From the IMG/VR virus record IMGVR_UViG_3300045747_000505: 64,000 nt of DNA; one strand, given 5' to 3'. Each line of letters opens with the position of its first letter. The first letter of the stretch is position 1. Shown here in pieces: positions 34,399 to 43,550 of this stretch. The stretch comes from a virus (taxonomy: Duplodnaviria > Caudoviricetes). The translations under genes and the position numbers were made by a program. The notes beneath the pieces are model-generated. The model saw only the letters and a list, made by a program, of their open reading frames with translations. It made no database searches and was not told where the DNA came from.

Positions 34399-34423
34399 AA
34401 CACCAACATACCGGAGAACCCCG

Positions 34424-34714
34424 ATGTCGATCCTTCAAGAACTGCTCACAATCCTCGACGAATCCAAGATGGCTGAGAAGCATCAAGACCTGCAAGACGC
34501 CATCTGCGACGAGTTCAACCTCGAGGACACCGACAAGATGGTCGGCAAGATCATGGCCTATCTGACCGACAACGAAGAGGACGACGCGGTCGATGACTTC
34601 CTCTTCAGCCACTTCGAGAAAGACATGCCGTACGGCACGGCGAAGGCTCGCTCTGGCGACCCGAAGAACTGGATCGCCGACCACATGTCGCAGATCTTCA
34701 AGGACAAGTACTAA
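34424..34714 (+). CDS. Small acidic late protein with a leader-like N-terminus (MSILQELLTILDE)
   Basis: RBS GGAGA; late motif upstream. Confidence 0.75.
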   Translation: MSILQELLTILDESKMAEKHQDLQDAICDEFNLEDTDKMVGKIMAYLTDNEEDDAVDDFLFSHFEKDMPYGTAKARSGDPKNWIADHMSQIFKDKY

Positions 34715-34717
34715 GTC

Positions 34718-35818
34718 ATGATCACCTTCAAGCAATACCTGCTGCTGGAAGGCGGCAACGTTCAGATCGATGGCACCGAAGCCGAGCGCATCGACCTGAC
34801 GAAGCATGAGCGCAAGGTCGTTGTTGCGAAGGTCGACGCTGGCCTTGCCGCTATCAACAAGGCCTTTCAAAAGCAGATGGGCAAGCCAATCTGGAATGCA
34901 GAGCTGTTCGCCTCGAAGGCGTTTCTGTCTGGCTCAGCGTTCCACTTCTTCAACGGCAAGATTGACGACAAGACCTTCACGAAGGTCAAGAGCTCGGTCG
35001 GCGACATCGACACGCAGGTCGACAAGGAGCTTGACGCTCAGCTCAAGGAATTCCTCACGCAGAACAAGGGCAAGACCTTTGGTCCATTCACGCTCGTCGG
35101 CTTCAAGACCAGCGCTGGTCAGCACATCTCGCTGTGGCATCTCGACGAACCAAGCATCAACATTCAAGTTGACCTTGAGATGGTTGACTTCAATGAGAAG
35201 GGTCATCCGACCGAGTGGAGCAACTTCAGCCACTCAAGCGCTTGGGAGGACATGACGAAGGGCGTCAAGGGCGTCGCGCACAAGTATCTGCTGCGCGCTC
35301 TTGAAGCACCAAGCGTCAAGGATGTTGTCATCAAGGCGAAGACAGCGCGTGGCACCGACAAGGTCGTCAAGAGCTCGACGCACGCGTTCAGCGTGACGCA
35401 CGGGCGTCGTCAGAAGCTGAAGCCAGTCATGGACGAGAACGGCAAGCAGGTCATGGTTGACAAGATGCCGGCGTATCACGAGATGAGCACGAGCGAATCG
35501 AAGGGCACGACGAGCCTCGTCGAGATCTTCACGGCCTACTTTGGCCACGCACCAACTGCGGCTGAGGTCAAGAAGATGGGTAGCTTCACTGGGCTCATCG
35601 ACCTCATCAAGGCGAACCTCGACAAGATCGATTGGCAGAAGATCACCGACGGCTTCGGCAACACGCTGTGGGGTGGTGGCGCTCAAGGTCTGTATCGCGG
35701 TGACCCGGACAAGGACCGTGAGGAGAAGGACTCGATGTTCAAGGTGCTGCTCAAGGACCTCGGAACAAAGGACACCTTCGCCAATCAGCGTGAGGCTTTC
35801 TACAAGGCGTACAAGTGA
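34718..35818 (+). CDS. Putative Pol-beta-superfamily nucleotidyltransferase with a capsid-targeting-like leader
   Basis: LSGS...GDIDTQVD and a later IQVDL fit the hG(S)..DhD..hDh pattern with an insertion; N-terminus MITFKQYLLLE|GG. Confidence 0.55.
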   Translation: MITFKQYLLLEGGNVQIDGTEAERIDLTKHERKVVVAKVDAGLAAINKAFQKQMGKPIWNAELFASKAFLSGSAFHFFNGKIDDKTFTKVKSSVGDIDTQVDKELDAQLKEFLTQNKGKTFGPFTLVGFKTSAGQHISLWHLDEPSINIQVDLEMVDFNEKGHPTEWSNFSHSSAWEDMTKGVKGVAHKYLLRALEAPSVKDVVIKAKTARGTDKVVKSSTHAFSVTHGRRQKLKPVMDENGKQVMVDKMPAYHEMSTSESKGTTSLVEIFTAYFGHAPTAAEVKKMGSFTGLIDLIKANLDKIDWQKITDGFGNTLWGGGAQGLYRGDPDKDREEKDSMFKVLLKDLGTKDTFANQREAFYKAYK

Positions 35819-36729
35819 TCACCTTCAAGCAATTCCTGCGTGAGGCCAGCGAGGTCGCCACGACCACGCGCAAGTCGATGATGCATCTGCAGGCAATGAA
35901 GCCGGTTGAGTTCGTTCAGTGGGCGCAATCGTTGCACAGCGACTTCAACGGCGTTCTCAAGGACCTGCGCGTCACGCTGAAGGTCGATGGTCTTGGTGCT
36001 CGCTTCGGCAAGGACAAGGACGGTCGCTTCTTCTTCGAGGGCAGTCGCACTGGTCCAGTGTTTGACGCCAAGGCGTTCAGCACCTACGTCTCATCGAAGG
36101 GTGGCAATGAGGAGAGCGTAGCTCGCGCTGGACACTACGACGACATGTTCGACCTGCTCAAGGGTTCGAAGCTGCTGAAGCTCGTGCCGAACAACGCTAA
36201 GGTCGTCTGCGAAATCTTCTACAACCCGATGGCGAAGGATGCTGGCGACGGTCACGTCTCGTTCGTCACGGTGAAGTACGACAAGTCAAAGCTCGGGAGA
36301 GTGATGACGCTCATTCCAATCAGCGTGCTGGACGCCTCATCTGGTGAGGTGCACGCTCAAGCTCGCGCCCTCCTGGACAAGCTCATTGGCGCCTCAACGC
36401 CAGACGTGAAGGTCATCGACGCTCGGCTGAAGGCGAGTGAGATTGACGTGAAGGCGTACATCAAGGACATGCTGAATCTTGGCGACCGTGAGCTCGCCGT
36501 CGTGAAGAGTCTGAAGGCCGCTGACAAGCCAGAGAAGACAGCCTTGCTCGCTGCGATTCAGCAGGCCAAGGACAAGCTTGCCGAGTACCTGTTGAACCAC
36601 AAGGGTATCGTCGGCAAGGACAAGCTCGGCAAGGACATCGAGGGCCTCGTGCTCTCAATCGGCGATCAGCCGATCAAGGTCACGACGCAAGAGTTCAAGG
36701 ACTCTAAGAAGAAGCCTGTCAGTACTTGA
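35815..36729 (+). CDS. Putative ATP-dependent (RNA) ligase-fold protein with a capsid-targeting-like leader
   Basis: TLKVDG (motif I KxDG), VVCEIFY (III), DIEGLVL (IV), PIKV (V); N-terminus MITFKQFLRE|AS. Confidence 0.55.
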   Translation: MITFKQFLREASEVATTTRKSMMHLQAMKPVEFVQWAQSLHSDFNGVLKDLRVTLKVDGLGARFGKDKDGRFFFEGSRTGPVFDAKAFSTYVSSKGGNEESVARAGHYDDMFDLLKGSKLLKLVPNNAKVVCEIFYNPMAKDAGDGHVSFVTVKYDKSKLGRVMTLIPISVLDASSGEVHAQARALLDKLIGASTPDVKVIDARLKASEIDVKAYIKDMLNLGDRELAVVKSLKAADKPEKTALLAAIQQAKDKLAEYLLNHKGIVGKDKLGKDIEGLVLSIGDQPIKVTTQEFKDSKKKPVST

Positions 36730-39700
36730 TGATTGGCAGCAAGGCCACGTTGCGTGGTCGAGTTTCTGTGCCACCAGTGGAATCAGTGGCTGCGGTTGCT
36801 GCGTTGCCGAAGTCTGTTCTATTTGGTGGCAGCACAGTACCGTTGATGTCGTTCATCGAGATTGCAAACGTTCGGGCACCACTAATCGTGTGCGCGTGGG
36901 TCTTGAACAAGTCGCTCTGCCAGCTGCCGATAACGCGTCCAGCATCAACACCACGCCCAAGGTCGGCACCGCGAATGAACTCACCACGCAGGTCTGGAAG
37001 TCCAAAGGTGGTCGAGTTGCCACCGTAGGTGTTGCCAATCGCCGCATACAACGCTGGATAGGACGCTGCGCTAAGCGCAGCACCATCACACACCAAATAG
37101 CCAGCCGGTGCTGAAGTTCCGCCATACCACGAGATCGTACCTGGAACAACTTGTGTAGCCGACAAGGCATTGATCTGCGATTGAAGACTTGTCACTGCCG
37201 CGTTGACCGCTGCAGTAATAGCAGCGCTGACCTGCGTTGGCGTCGAAACTTGATTGTTGGTCCAGTTCGACCCGCTCCACAGCAGACCGTCGCCAACGAC
37301 CTTGTTCGTGACGGCAACGTTCTCAAGGTCCTCGATTGCATCGTGCTGCGCAATGGCGTAGTTCACCTGACCGACAATGCGTGACGCGTCGGTCGTGACC
37401 TTGGCGAGCAGCACGCGAGAGAACGATGACGGCAGCTGCAACCCAGAGACTGTGACGTCAATGAGGCTACGGTCTGCCGCATTGCGAGCCGCATAGATGT
37501 AGTTGTCGGTGTTCGGTTGCAGCACAACAGACTGCGTCGCCATTGTTGAGTAGTAGCCGCCGAGGAAGATTGGGAATGCCGAGAGGTAGGCAACAAGACC
37601 AGTTGCGCTCTCCGTGGTAATCCACACCTCGTAGCGAGTTGCAGAGTGATTGAACCACTGGTCCTCAGTGAGCGGCGCTCCAACACCACGAACGTCGATA
37701 GACGAGCAGAAGAAGGCTGCATCAAAGACGCTGGTGGCTGTGTAGCGGTAGTAGCCGAGGGTAGTGCTGTAGCCGAACGTCGAGCCAGGGTAGCCACCAA
37801 CGTTGCCATACTTGCCTGGTCCAGTGCCAAGCGGCGCAAACTGCGACAGCGTGCCGTAGGTGACAGCGTTGGTGTTGATGTCGAAGCAGCCCCAGTACCA
37901 GAATGTTCCGCCAGTGACGCTGATGGAGAAGTTGAATAGAAAGCGACCATTCCCAGTGAGCAATGGGTGGCCAGACACTATGGTGATTGTGATGTTGTTG
38001 AGGGCGTCACCGCGGCTTGTCTTGCCAGCGTCGATTGGTACTTGAAACATGTTGCCGCTGACAATGGTCCAGTTGCCACCGACGTTCTTTGCCATGTAGG
38101 CCATGCCAGTAGTGTCGCGAACAACAGCCCACCAGACTGGCGTGATAGCATCGCCATTCCACGCCACGCAGTCTTGGTCAACAACGCCGGTCAGAGCGTC
38201 GATTGCCGACGGCACAATTGGCATTGTCACGCCAGTTGAGGTGAAGTTGCGAATCGAGCCGGTTGCTGTGATGGTATAGACGAGGCTGCCGCCATTGCAG
38301 AAGTAGTGTGTCGGCACGCCACCAATCACGACGGTGCCCATGTTACCAGCTCTGAAGTTAGAGTTCACTACGGCAGGCCAGGTAGTTCCAGAGACTGAGC
38401 CTGGATTGATGATTGCACCAGCGCTATCCAGCTTCAGCGTGTCATTGGTCACGCCAGCTTGAACAGATGAGAAGGACGAAGTGTCGAACGTTGTTTGAAC
38501 GTACACGTCGCCGTAGCGAGTGCTGTTCGTCCGCATCAGAATGTTGTTGCCAATGACGTGGCCGTGGTAGGTATAGAGGACCTTCGACCAAGGTGAGCCG
38601 TCTGGAATCGAGATGCCGCCACCAAGCGTGAACTGGCCAGCGAAGTTGGCGTTGCTGTCAAGCGTCTGATAGACGTGGCCAGCGTTGGCCTTGTAGCGAT
38701 AGACGTTATTCGCCGCGAGTGCAGCTGTGAATGAACCCTTGTAGGTGAACCACATGTCGCCAGAGTATTCGTCTGTAATGAGCGAACCGTTGGCGCCGCC
38801 AACGAAGGTAGAAGACATGCCGCCAGTCACGGTGCCCCACGTAGGGTCGCTCAGCATGTTGTAGCGATACGTTCCAGCCTTGGTCGGAATGTTGTTGACA
38901 ACGGTACCGACACCGCTATCAAGCCAAGTGCGTGGAATCGAAAATGAGATGTTGAGCCCGATGCCCTGCCCGATAGCGGCACCAGCGCTGCTGTCATAGG
39001 TGAAGTACGAGTTGAAGAGCTGATGGAATGTTTCGTTGAACGGATTCCAAGTGAAACCGTAGGTAACGCCAAGGCCGCTGTAGTTGATGAGACCAACATT
39101 GTTGTGCGTAAAGTTTGACACGCGGCCTGCGCCGGTCGTGTCAGACATGTCCGCCATCAACAAACTGTCATAGAGGTCAAGTGAGCGCAGCAGCGTCAGC
39201 GCAGCATCGTAGACGTTCAGAATGATTCTGTAGGTGCCGCCAGACGAACCAGTGCAGGTGTGAAGAATGCGGTCTCCACTCACCGTTGGTACTAGACCGA
39301 AGTTCGAGCCAGTGAAGGCGTTGGCAATTGTCGACACGTCGTAGGCAAAAGCCCAATCGTTGCAGTCGGATGACCCGTTGGTCTTGACGATGACGGTGCG
39401 AGTTTTCGTCAGCGGGAAGGCAATGGTGCCGAGCCACAGCACGGCACAGTTGGTGCCCATGTTGGTGATGGCATAGACCTTCTCGGTCTGCAGCGCGAAT
39501 GAGACGCTCACTGGGATGTTGTCATAAACCCAGGCATCGGCGTCAGAGTAGCGGTAGGCGCGATAGCAGAACACTGCGCCGACTGGCGTGTTCGTGTCGT
39601 AGAAGGCAACCTGTTTACCGTGGCGGTCGACCCACGTAAAGGTTCCTGTGTTCCAACGACCCTGTGAGAATGGAAAGTCGGCGTAGACCGGAACCTTGTT

Positions 39701-40531
39701 GTCCTTCAGCGTGCCGGCGAACGGCGAGAAGTTCAGATAGTCAGCGGTGTTGGTTTGAGTTGTGGTCAGCGCATCTGTGATGCCAAAGCCAGCAATCGTC
39801 GTCGGCTTGCTCGTGACATTAGTCCACGTGACGGCGTTAGCTACGCCAGCGGTCGTTGCGAAGGTCACAGATGCTGACACCGTAGAGTGCGCCACGTTCA
39901 GCGATGTGGCATTGACCCAGATTGGTGCGCCAGCGCCAGCCGATGCCAGCACCTGCCAGTTCTGAGCGATGCCGGTGCCTGAGGTTGCTGTGCCAGCCGC
40001 TGTGGTTGCGATGGCTGTTGCCGTTCCGTAGGCGACGCCACCAGCAGTGACGGTCGTGCTGTTCGTACCACCCTTGGCGATGCCGAGCGTGCCACCGATG
40101 CTGTTGATTGCCAGCTCGGCTTCATTGACGCTGAGAGTGAGGTTGAAGTCGGCCGTCGTGCCAGCGACGCTGGTGAAGGTCAGACCATTGCCCTCAAGTA
40201 GCGCTATATTGTTGTAGGCGCCGACCCCAGTACGATTGACAAAACCGAGCTTTGCCTGTGTAGACAAGGCATCCAGATTGACGCTCTGTGGTTCGAAGTA
40301 GGACGAAGCGTGTCCGCCAAGCGTAGCGGCATCTACACCAGCCGCTGTCGCGGTCTCCCACTTGTAGCCAGCCTGCTCACCAATTGTTCCGAAGTTCGAG
40401 TCGCTGGAGAATCGGTGAATGTGAAAGCCTGTGTCCACGCCCTGCGTGACGTAGAAGACCGAACCATCTGGGACCGAACCGGTCGGCGGTAGATTCGGGC
40501 CGTAGTTGACGATGGTGTTTGAGTTGCGCAT
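36719..40531 (-). CDS. Tail fibre with a C-terminal tail-collar domain
   Basis: VPGTISWYGGTSAPAGYLVCDG...YPALYAAIG..YGG..TTFGLPDLRGEFIRG...ETRPRNVALLPIIKY. Confidence 0.9.
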   Translation of the reverse strand: MRNSNTIVNYGPNLPPTGSVPDGSVFYVTQGVDTGFHIHRFSSDSNFGTIGEQAGYKWETATAAGVDAATLGGHASSYFEPQSVNLDALSTQAKLGFVNRTGVGAYNNIALLEGNGLTFTSVAGTTADFNLTLSVNEAELAINSIGGTLGIAKGGTNSTTVTAGGVAYGTATAIATTAAGTATSGTGIAQNWQVLASAGAGAPIWVNATSLNVAHSTVSASVTFATTAGVANAVTWTNVTSKPTTIAGFGITDALTTTQTNTADYLNFSPFAGTLKDNKVPVYADFPFSQGRWNTGTFTWVDRHGKQVAFYDTNTPVGAVFCYRAYRYSDADAWVYDNIPVSVSFALQTEKVYAITNMGTNCAVLWLGTIAFPLTKTRTVIVKTNGSSDCNDWAFAYDVSTIANAFTGSNFGLVPTVSGDRILHTCTGSSGGTYRIILNVYDAALTLLRSLDLYDSLLMADMSDTTGAGRVSNFTHNNVGLINYSGLGVTYGFTWNPFNETFHQLFNSYFTYDSSAGAAIGQGIGLNISFSIPRTWLDSGVGTVVNNIPTKAGTYRYNMLSDPTWGTVTGGMSSTFVGGANGSLITDEYSGDMWFTYKGSFTAALAANNVYRYKANAGHVYQTLDSNANFAGQFTLGGGISIPDGSPWSKVLYTYHGHVIGNNILMRTNSTRYGDVYVQTTFDTSSFSSVQAGVTNDTLKLDSAGAIINPGSVSGTTWPAVVNSNFRAGNMGTVVIGGVPTHYFCNGGSLVYTITATGSIRNFTSTGVTMPIVPSAIDALTGVVDQDCVAWNGDAITPVWWAVVRDTTGMAYMAKNVGGNWTIVSGNMFQVPIDAGKTSRGDALNNITITIVSGHPLLTGNGRFLFNFSISVTGGTFWYWGCFDINTNAVTYGTLSQFAPLGTGPGKYGNVGGYPGSTFGYSTTLGYYRYTATSVFDAAFFCSSIDVRGVGAPLTEDQWFNHSATRYEVWITTESATGLVAYLSAFPIFLGGYYSTMATQSVVLQPNTDNYIYAARNAADRSLIDVTVSGLQLPSSFSRVLLAKVTTDASRIVGQVNYAIAQHDAIEDLENVAVTNKVVGDGLLWSGSNWTNNQVSTPTQVSAAITAAVNAAVTSLQSQINALSATQVVPGTISWYGGTSAPAGYLVCDGAALSAASYPALYAAIGNTYGGNSTTFGLPDLRGEFIRGADLGRGVDAGRVIGSWQSDLFKTHAHTISGARTFAISMNDINGTVLPPNRTDFGNAATAATDSTGGTETRPRNVALLPIIKY

Positions 40532-40560
40532 GTGATTCTTTACAAGTGAAGGTTGCGTCG

Positions 40561-41766
40561 TTAGTTGGCAGGTGGTGGCGGTGTCAGGTCAGCGACGACG
40601 ATGGCGAAGTCTCTGAAGATTGCCGTCACAACAGGGCCTGAAGCGTGAGAGCCGACTGGGTGTTCAGTGAGAACGCACGAGGTGTGAAGCGTGTGCGTGC
40701 CGTCTGGAAGATTCGCAATGGTGATGTCCGGTCGGGCTGTGGTCATTCCAGTCGTTGACACGGTGACACCGCCACCTGCTGAGACGCTGACGTTCCAAAC
40801 GACGGTTGTTCTGACCGCTGTGGCCCGCGAAATGTACGACTCTTCCCAACCACCGAAGGCGTTGACCTCAAGTGGAATGGTTGCTGTCGCCACACCAGCA
40901 CCAGCGCTATCAAGCGAAACTAGACCATACGGCGCACCGCCAACTGCACTGTCGAATGGAATATAGATGTTGCCACGATAGAACGGATTGAAATTGGTTG
41001 TTGCGATAGCCTGACCCCAACGAACAATGACCATGCCGTTTGTGCCATTCTGCGGTGGAAGCGATGGCACTGAGTTTTCACCGCTGCGTCCTTCGCCACC
41101 TGCACCAGCGGCGCCAGTAACCGCATAGCCAGTTTGAACGCTGCCTGTGATTGTGTAACCGTTAATCACCTGACCGTTGCTTCGGCCAACGTTTCGGCTC
41201 TGGTTAACATTGGTGATGCAACCGTCTTGTCCGTTTGGCAGACCAGCGCGGCCATTGCCAAAGGTAAGCCATGGCGCGTGGAATGGAAACTCACCATTGT
41301 TGTCGCCCTGTCCAGTGTTGTTCGCCCAGTCCTCAATGGTGCCCTTGTCACCGTGGCCGCCACCGCCAGACATGCCGCCGCCCCAGCCGCCAGTGGCAAT
41401 GGTCGTCTCGAAGCCTGTGATTCTTGAGGTGCCACCACGACCACCAGTGTAGCGATTGCTGTTCAGCGGATTGAAGATGCCGTCATACGAACCAGAGGCA
41501 CCACCAGAGCCGACCACCACTGAGAGGACTTGTCCTGGCGTCACGGAGATGGTTTGAGTTGAGTAGCCGCCAGAGCCGCCAATACCACCTTGGTGTCCAT
41601 CGCCACCGTCCTTGTGCCCACCACCACCGCCACCACCACCAACGGTTGTAACGTTGAGCGTGGTGTAGCCAGCCGGCACAGTGAATAGGGCGGTGCCTGG
41701 CGCGGTGAAGGTCTGTGTCCCAGGAAGAGCGCGTCCACCACCGAGCAGCGTCTGTTGAACTCCCAT
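40561..41766 (-). CDS. Glycine-rich virion/fibre-associated protein
   Basis: TFTAPGT..FTVPAG...L.V..VGGGGGGG glycine-rich domain. Start set at ATG 41766 (TAATG coupling). Confidence 0.75.
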   Translation of the reverse strand: MGVQQTLLGGGRALPGTQTFTAPGTALFTVPAGYTTLNVTTVGGGGGGGGHKDGGDGHQGGIGGSGGYSTQTISVTPGQVLSVVVGSGGASGSYDGIFNPLNSNRYTGGRGGTSRITGFETTIATGGWGGGMSGGGGHGDKGTIEDWANNTGQGDNNGEFPFHAPWLTFGNGRAGLPNGQDGCITNVNQSRNVGRSNGQVINGYTITGSVQTGYAVTGAAGAGGEGRSGENSVPSLPPQNGTNGMVIVRWGQAIATTNFNPFYRGNIYIPFDSAVGGAPYGLVSLDSAGAGVATATIPLEVNAFGGWEESYISRATAVRTTVVWNVSVSAGGGVTVSTTGMTTARPDITIANLPDGTHTLHTSCVLTEHPVGSHASGPVVTAIFRDFAIVVADLTPPPPAN

Positions 41767-43439
41767 TAGGTGATTCCAGTACCAGAGATAGACCAAGAGT
41801 TTGGACCGAACTTGACGAACGTGACTTGAGCAACATTGCTCAGCGTGAACGTATGTCCAGTGTAGGTGTCGACGCCGACGTGAAGGATTGTCACGCCATT
41901 CGATACTGCGATAGTTGTATTGACGACTGAGGTCATCGAGATGATGGTGCCATTCGGAATGGCGGAGCCAAATCCGGCTGTGGTTTGTGCATCAGTCTGA
42001 AGATACTGTGTTGAAGAGCCGAAGACGTAAATCATGCAGCCGGCATCTGTCGGACGAAGCTCTCGTGAGATGTCCGTTTGAACGATTGGCGTGCGACGAG
42101 CAGAGTCGGCGATGATTGACGGCGGGTTGGTCGCGATCCACGTTGGGATCGCGAGATCAACGTAGCCCATCGTAGCGGCGTCTGTGCTAACAGTCGGCGT
42201 TCCAAGATTCGTAATCTTGTTGGTGCCCATGTTGAGCGCACCGCTCATCGTGTCGCCAGACTTGGCGAGGAAGCTGCTCAGACCAAGCGCTGCCGCCACG
42301 TGAGCGACGCTTGCACGACGAAGATTGCCATCACCAGTGACGCCAACGACGAACTGACCGACTACTGGATTTTCGCTGTCGTAGACGTGCATCTTGAAGT
42401 AGCGAGCTTCGAGGTCGCCAGCTGCAGTGCGAACTGCAACCGTGTTGTTGCTCTCAGTCGTGTCTGGCGAGTTGCCACCAAGCTTTGCCGAATCGCCAAC
42501 AACGAGCGAGGTAGTTGTCCATGACTTTGTCGTGAGACCGTCATCTGAACCCCAGACGCGCGTCGGCTGACCAGACGCGACAGGCGTCCAAGAGAAGGTC
42601 ATGTTGCCAGCACCGCTGGTGATTGATGCAGCGTTGGATGAGACGACCGATGAGACCGTTGCCCAAGTTGGAACGCCGCTGGCATTCGTGATGAGCATCT
42701 GACCGTTGGTGCCAGCAGTGGTGGTGAGCGAGGTGCCTGATGCGGCGTAGACGATGCCGTTCGTCGTCACCGTGGTCATGTTGGTGCCGCCGCGGCTGAT
42801 GCCGAGGGTCCCAGCCGTTCGCGTGTTGAGTGGAATGGACCAAGGGTCGCCGATTGGGTCATTCAGCGTGCTGCGTTGAATGAAGTCAGCAGCGTGCAGA
42901 CCATCAAGCAGGTCAGCGTCAAGCGTCGAGCCATCACCATCATTGCCGGCGTGCCAGACAAGCTGATCAAGAATTCGCAGCTCACCGGCGCGCGTCAACT
43001 TCAACACTGATGACGAGGTCGCGAAGTCATCTGGGCGCGTTTGAATCTGAAAGACACCAGCGTCAGCAACGACCAACCAGTCCTTGCCGTTGAGCGGTTG
43101 ATCAGTCTCAGTGAGACGGATTCCTGGCGACGTTGACGAGATGCGAACACCTGGGGAATTGCCAGGAACGATTGACAGCATGCCAGACATCGGCAGCGAA
43201 CCGTCGCGGGCAACGTAGCTTGAGAGACGTGAGGTCAGCACCCAACCGAATCCAACCTGGTCGCCTACCGAACCGACGTTCGAGTCGCCGACGAATGAAT
43301 AGACGTACAACCCAGGCTCATTTGAGACGCCATCTGGGTCGAACTTCGTCTTGAAGAAGAGAGCGCCGTTCGACAGCGCCGTCGCTGGTGGCAGCAGCGG
43401 ACCATAGTTGATTGGGGCGCCGGAGAACAGTTTGGTCAT
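41766..43439 (-). CDS. Tail fibre-like virion protein
   Basis: WHAGNDG.GS.LDADLLDGLH fibre motif; N-terminal module shared with the 36719 fibre; late motif at 43466-43472. Confidence 0.8.
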   Translation of the reverse strand: MTKLFSGAPINYGPLLPPATALSNGALFFKTKFDPDGVSNEPGLYVYSFVGDSNVGSVGDQVGFGWVLTSRLSSYVARDGSLPMSGMLSIVPGNSPGVRISSTSPGIRLTETDQPLNGKDWLVVADAGVFQIQTRPDDFATSSSVLKLTRAGELRILDQLVWHAGNDGDGSTLDADLLDGLHAADFIQRSTLNDPIGDPWSIPLNTRTAGTLGISRGGTNMTTVTTNGIVYAASGTSLTTTAGTNGQMLITNASGVPTWATVSSVVSSNAASITSGAGNMTFSWTPVASGQPTRVWGSDDGLTTKSWTTTSLVVGDSAKLGGNSPDTTESNNTVAVRTAAGDLEARYFKMHVYDSENPVVGQFVVGVTGDGNLRRASVAHVAAALGLSSFLAKSGDTMSGALNMGTNKITNLGTPTVSTDAATMGYVDLAIPTWIATNPPSIIADSARRTPIVQTDISRELRPTDAGCMIYVFGSSTQYLQTDAQTTAGFGSAIPNGTIISMTSVVNTTIAVSNGVTILHVGVDTYTGHTFTLSNVAQVTFVKFGPNSWSISGTGIT

Positions 43440-43465
43440 TGGAATCGTCCTGAGGATCGTGTTCT

Positions 43466-43472
43466 CTATTTA
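43466..43472 (-). promoter_or_regulatory. TAAATAG late motif
   Basis: CTATTTA upstream of the fibre operon. Confidence 0.7.
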
Positions 43473-43550
43473 TGCCGTTCAACCAATCTTGAAGTTCGCT
43501 CTCAGCTCGATTCGTGATACAGTACATCAGAACTACGAAAGACATTCGAA

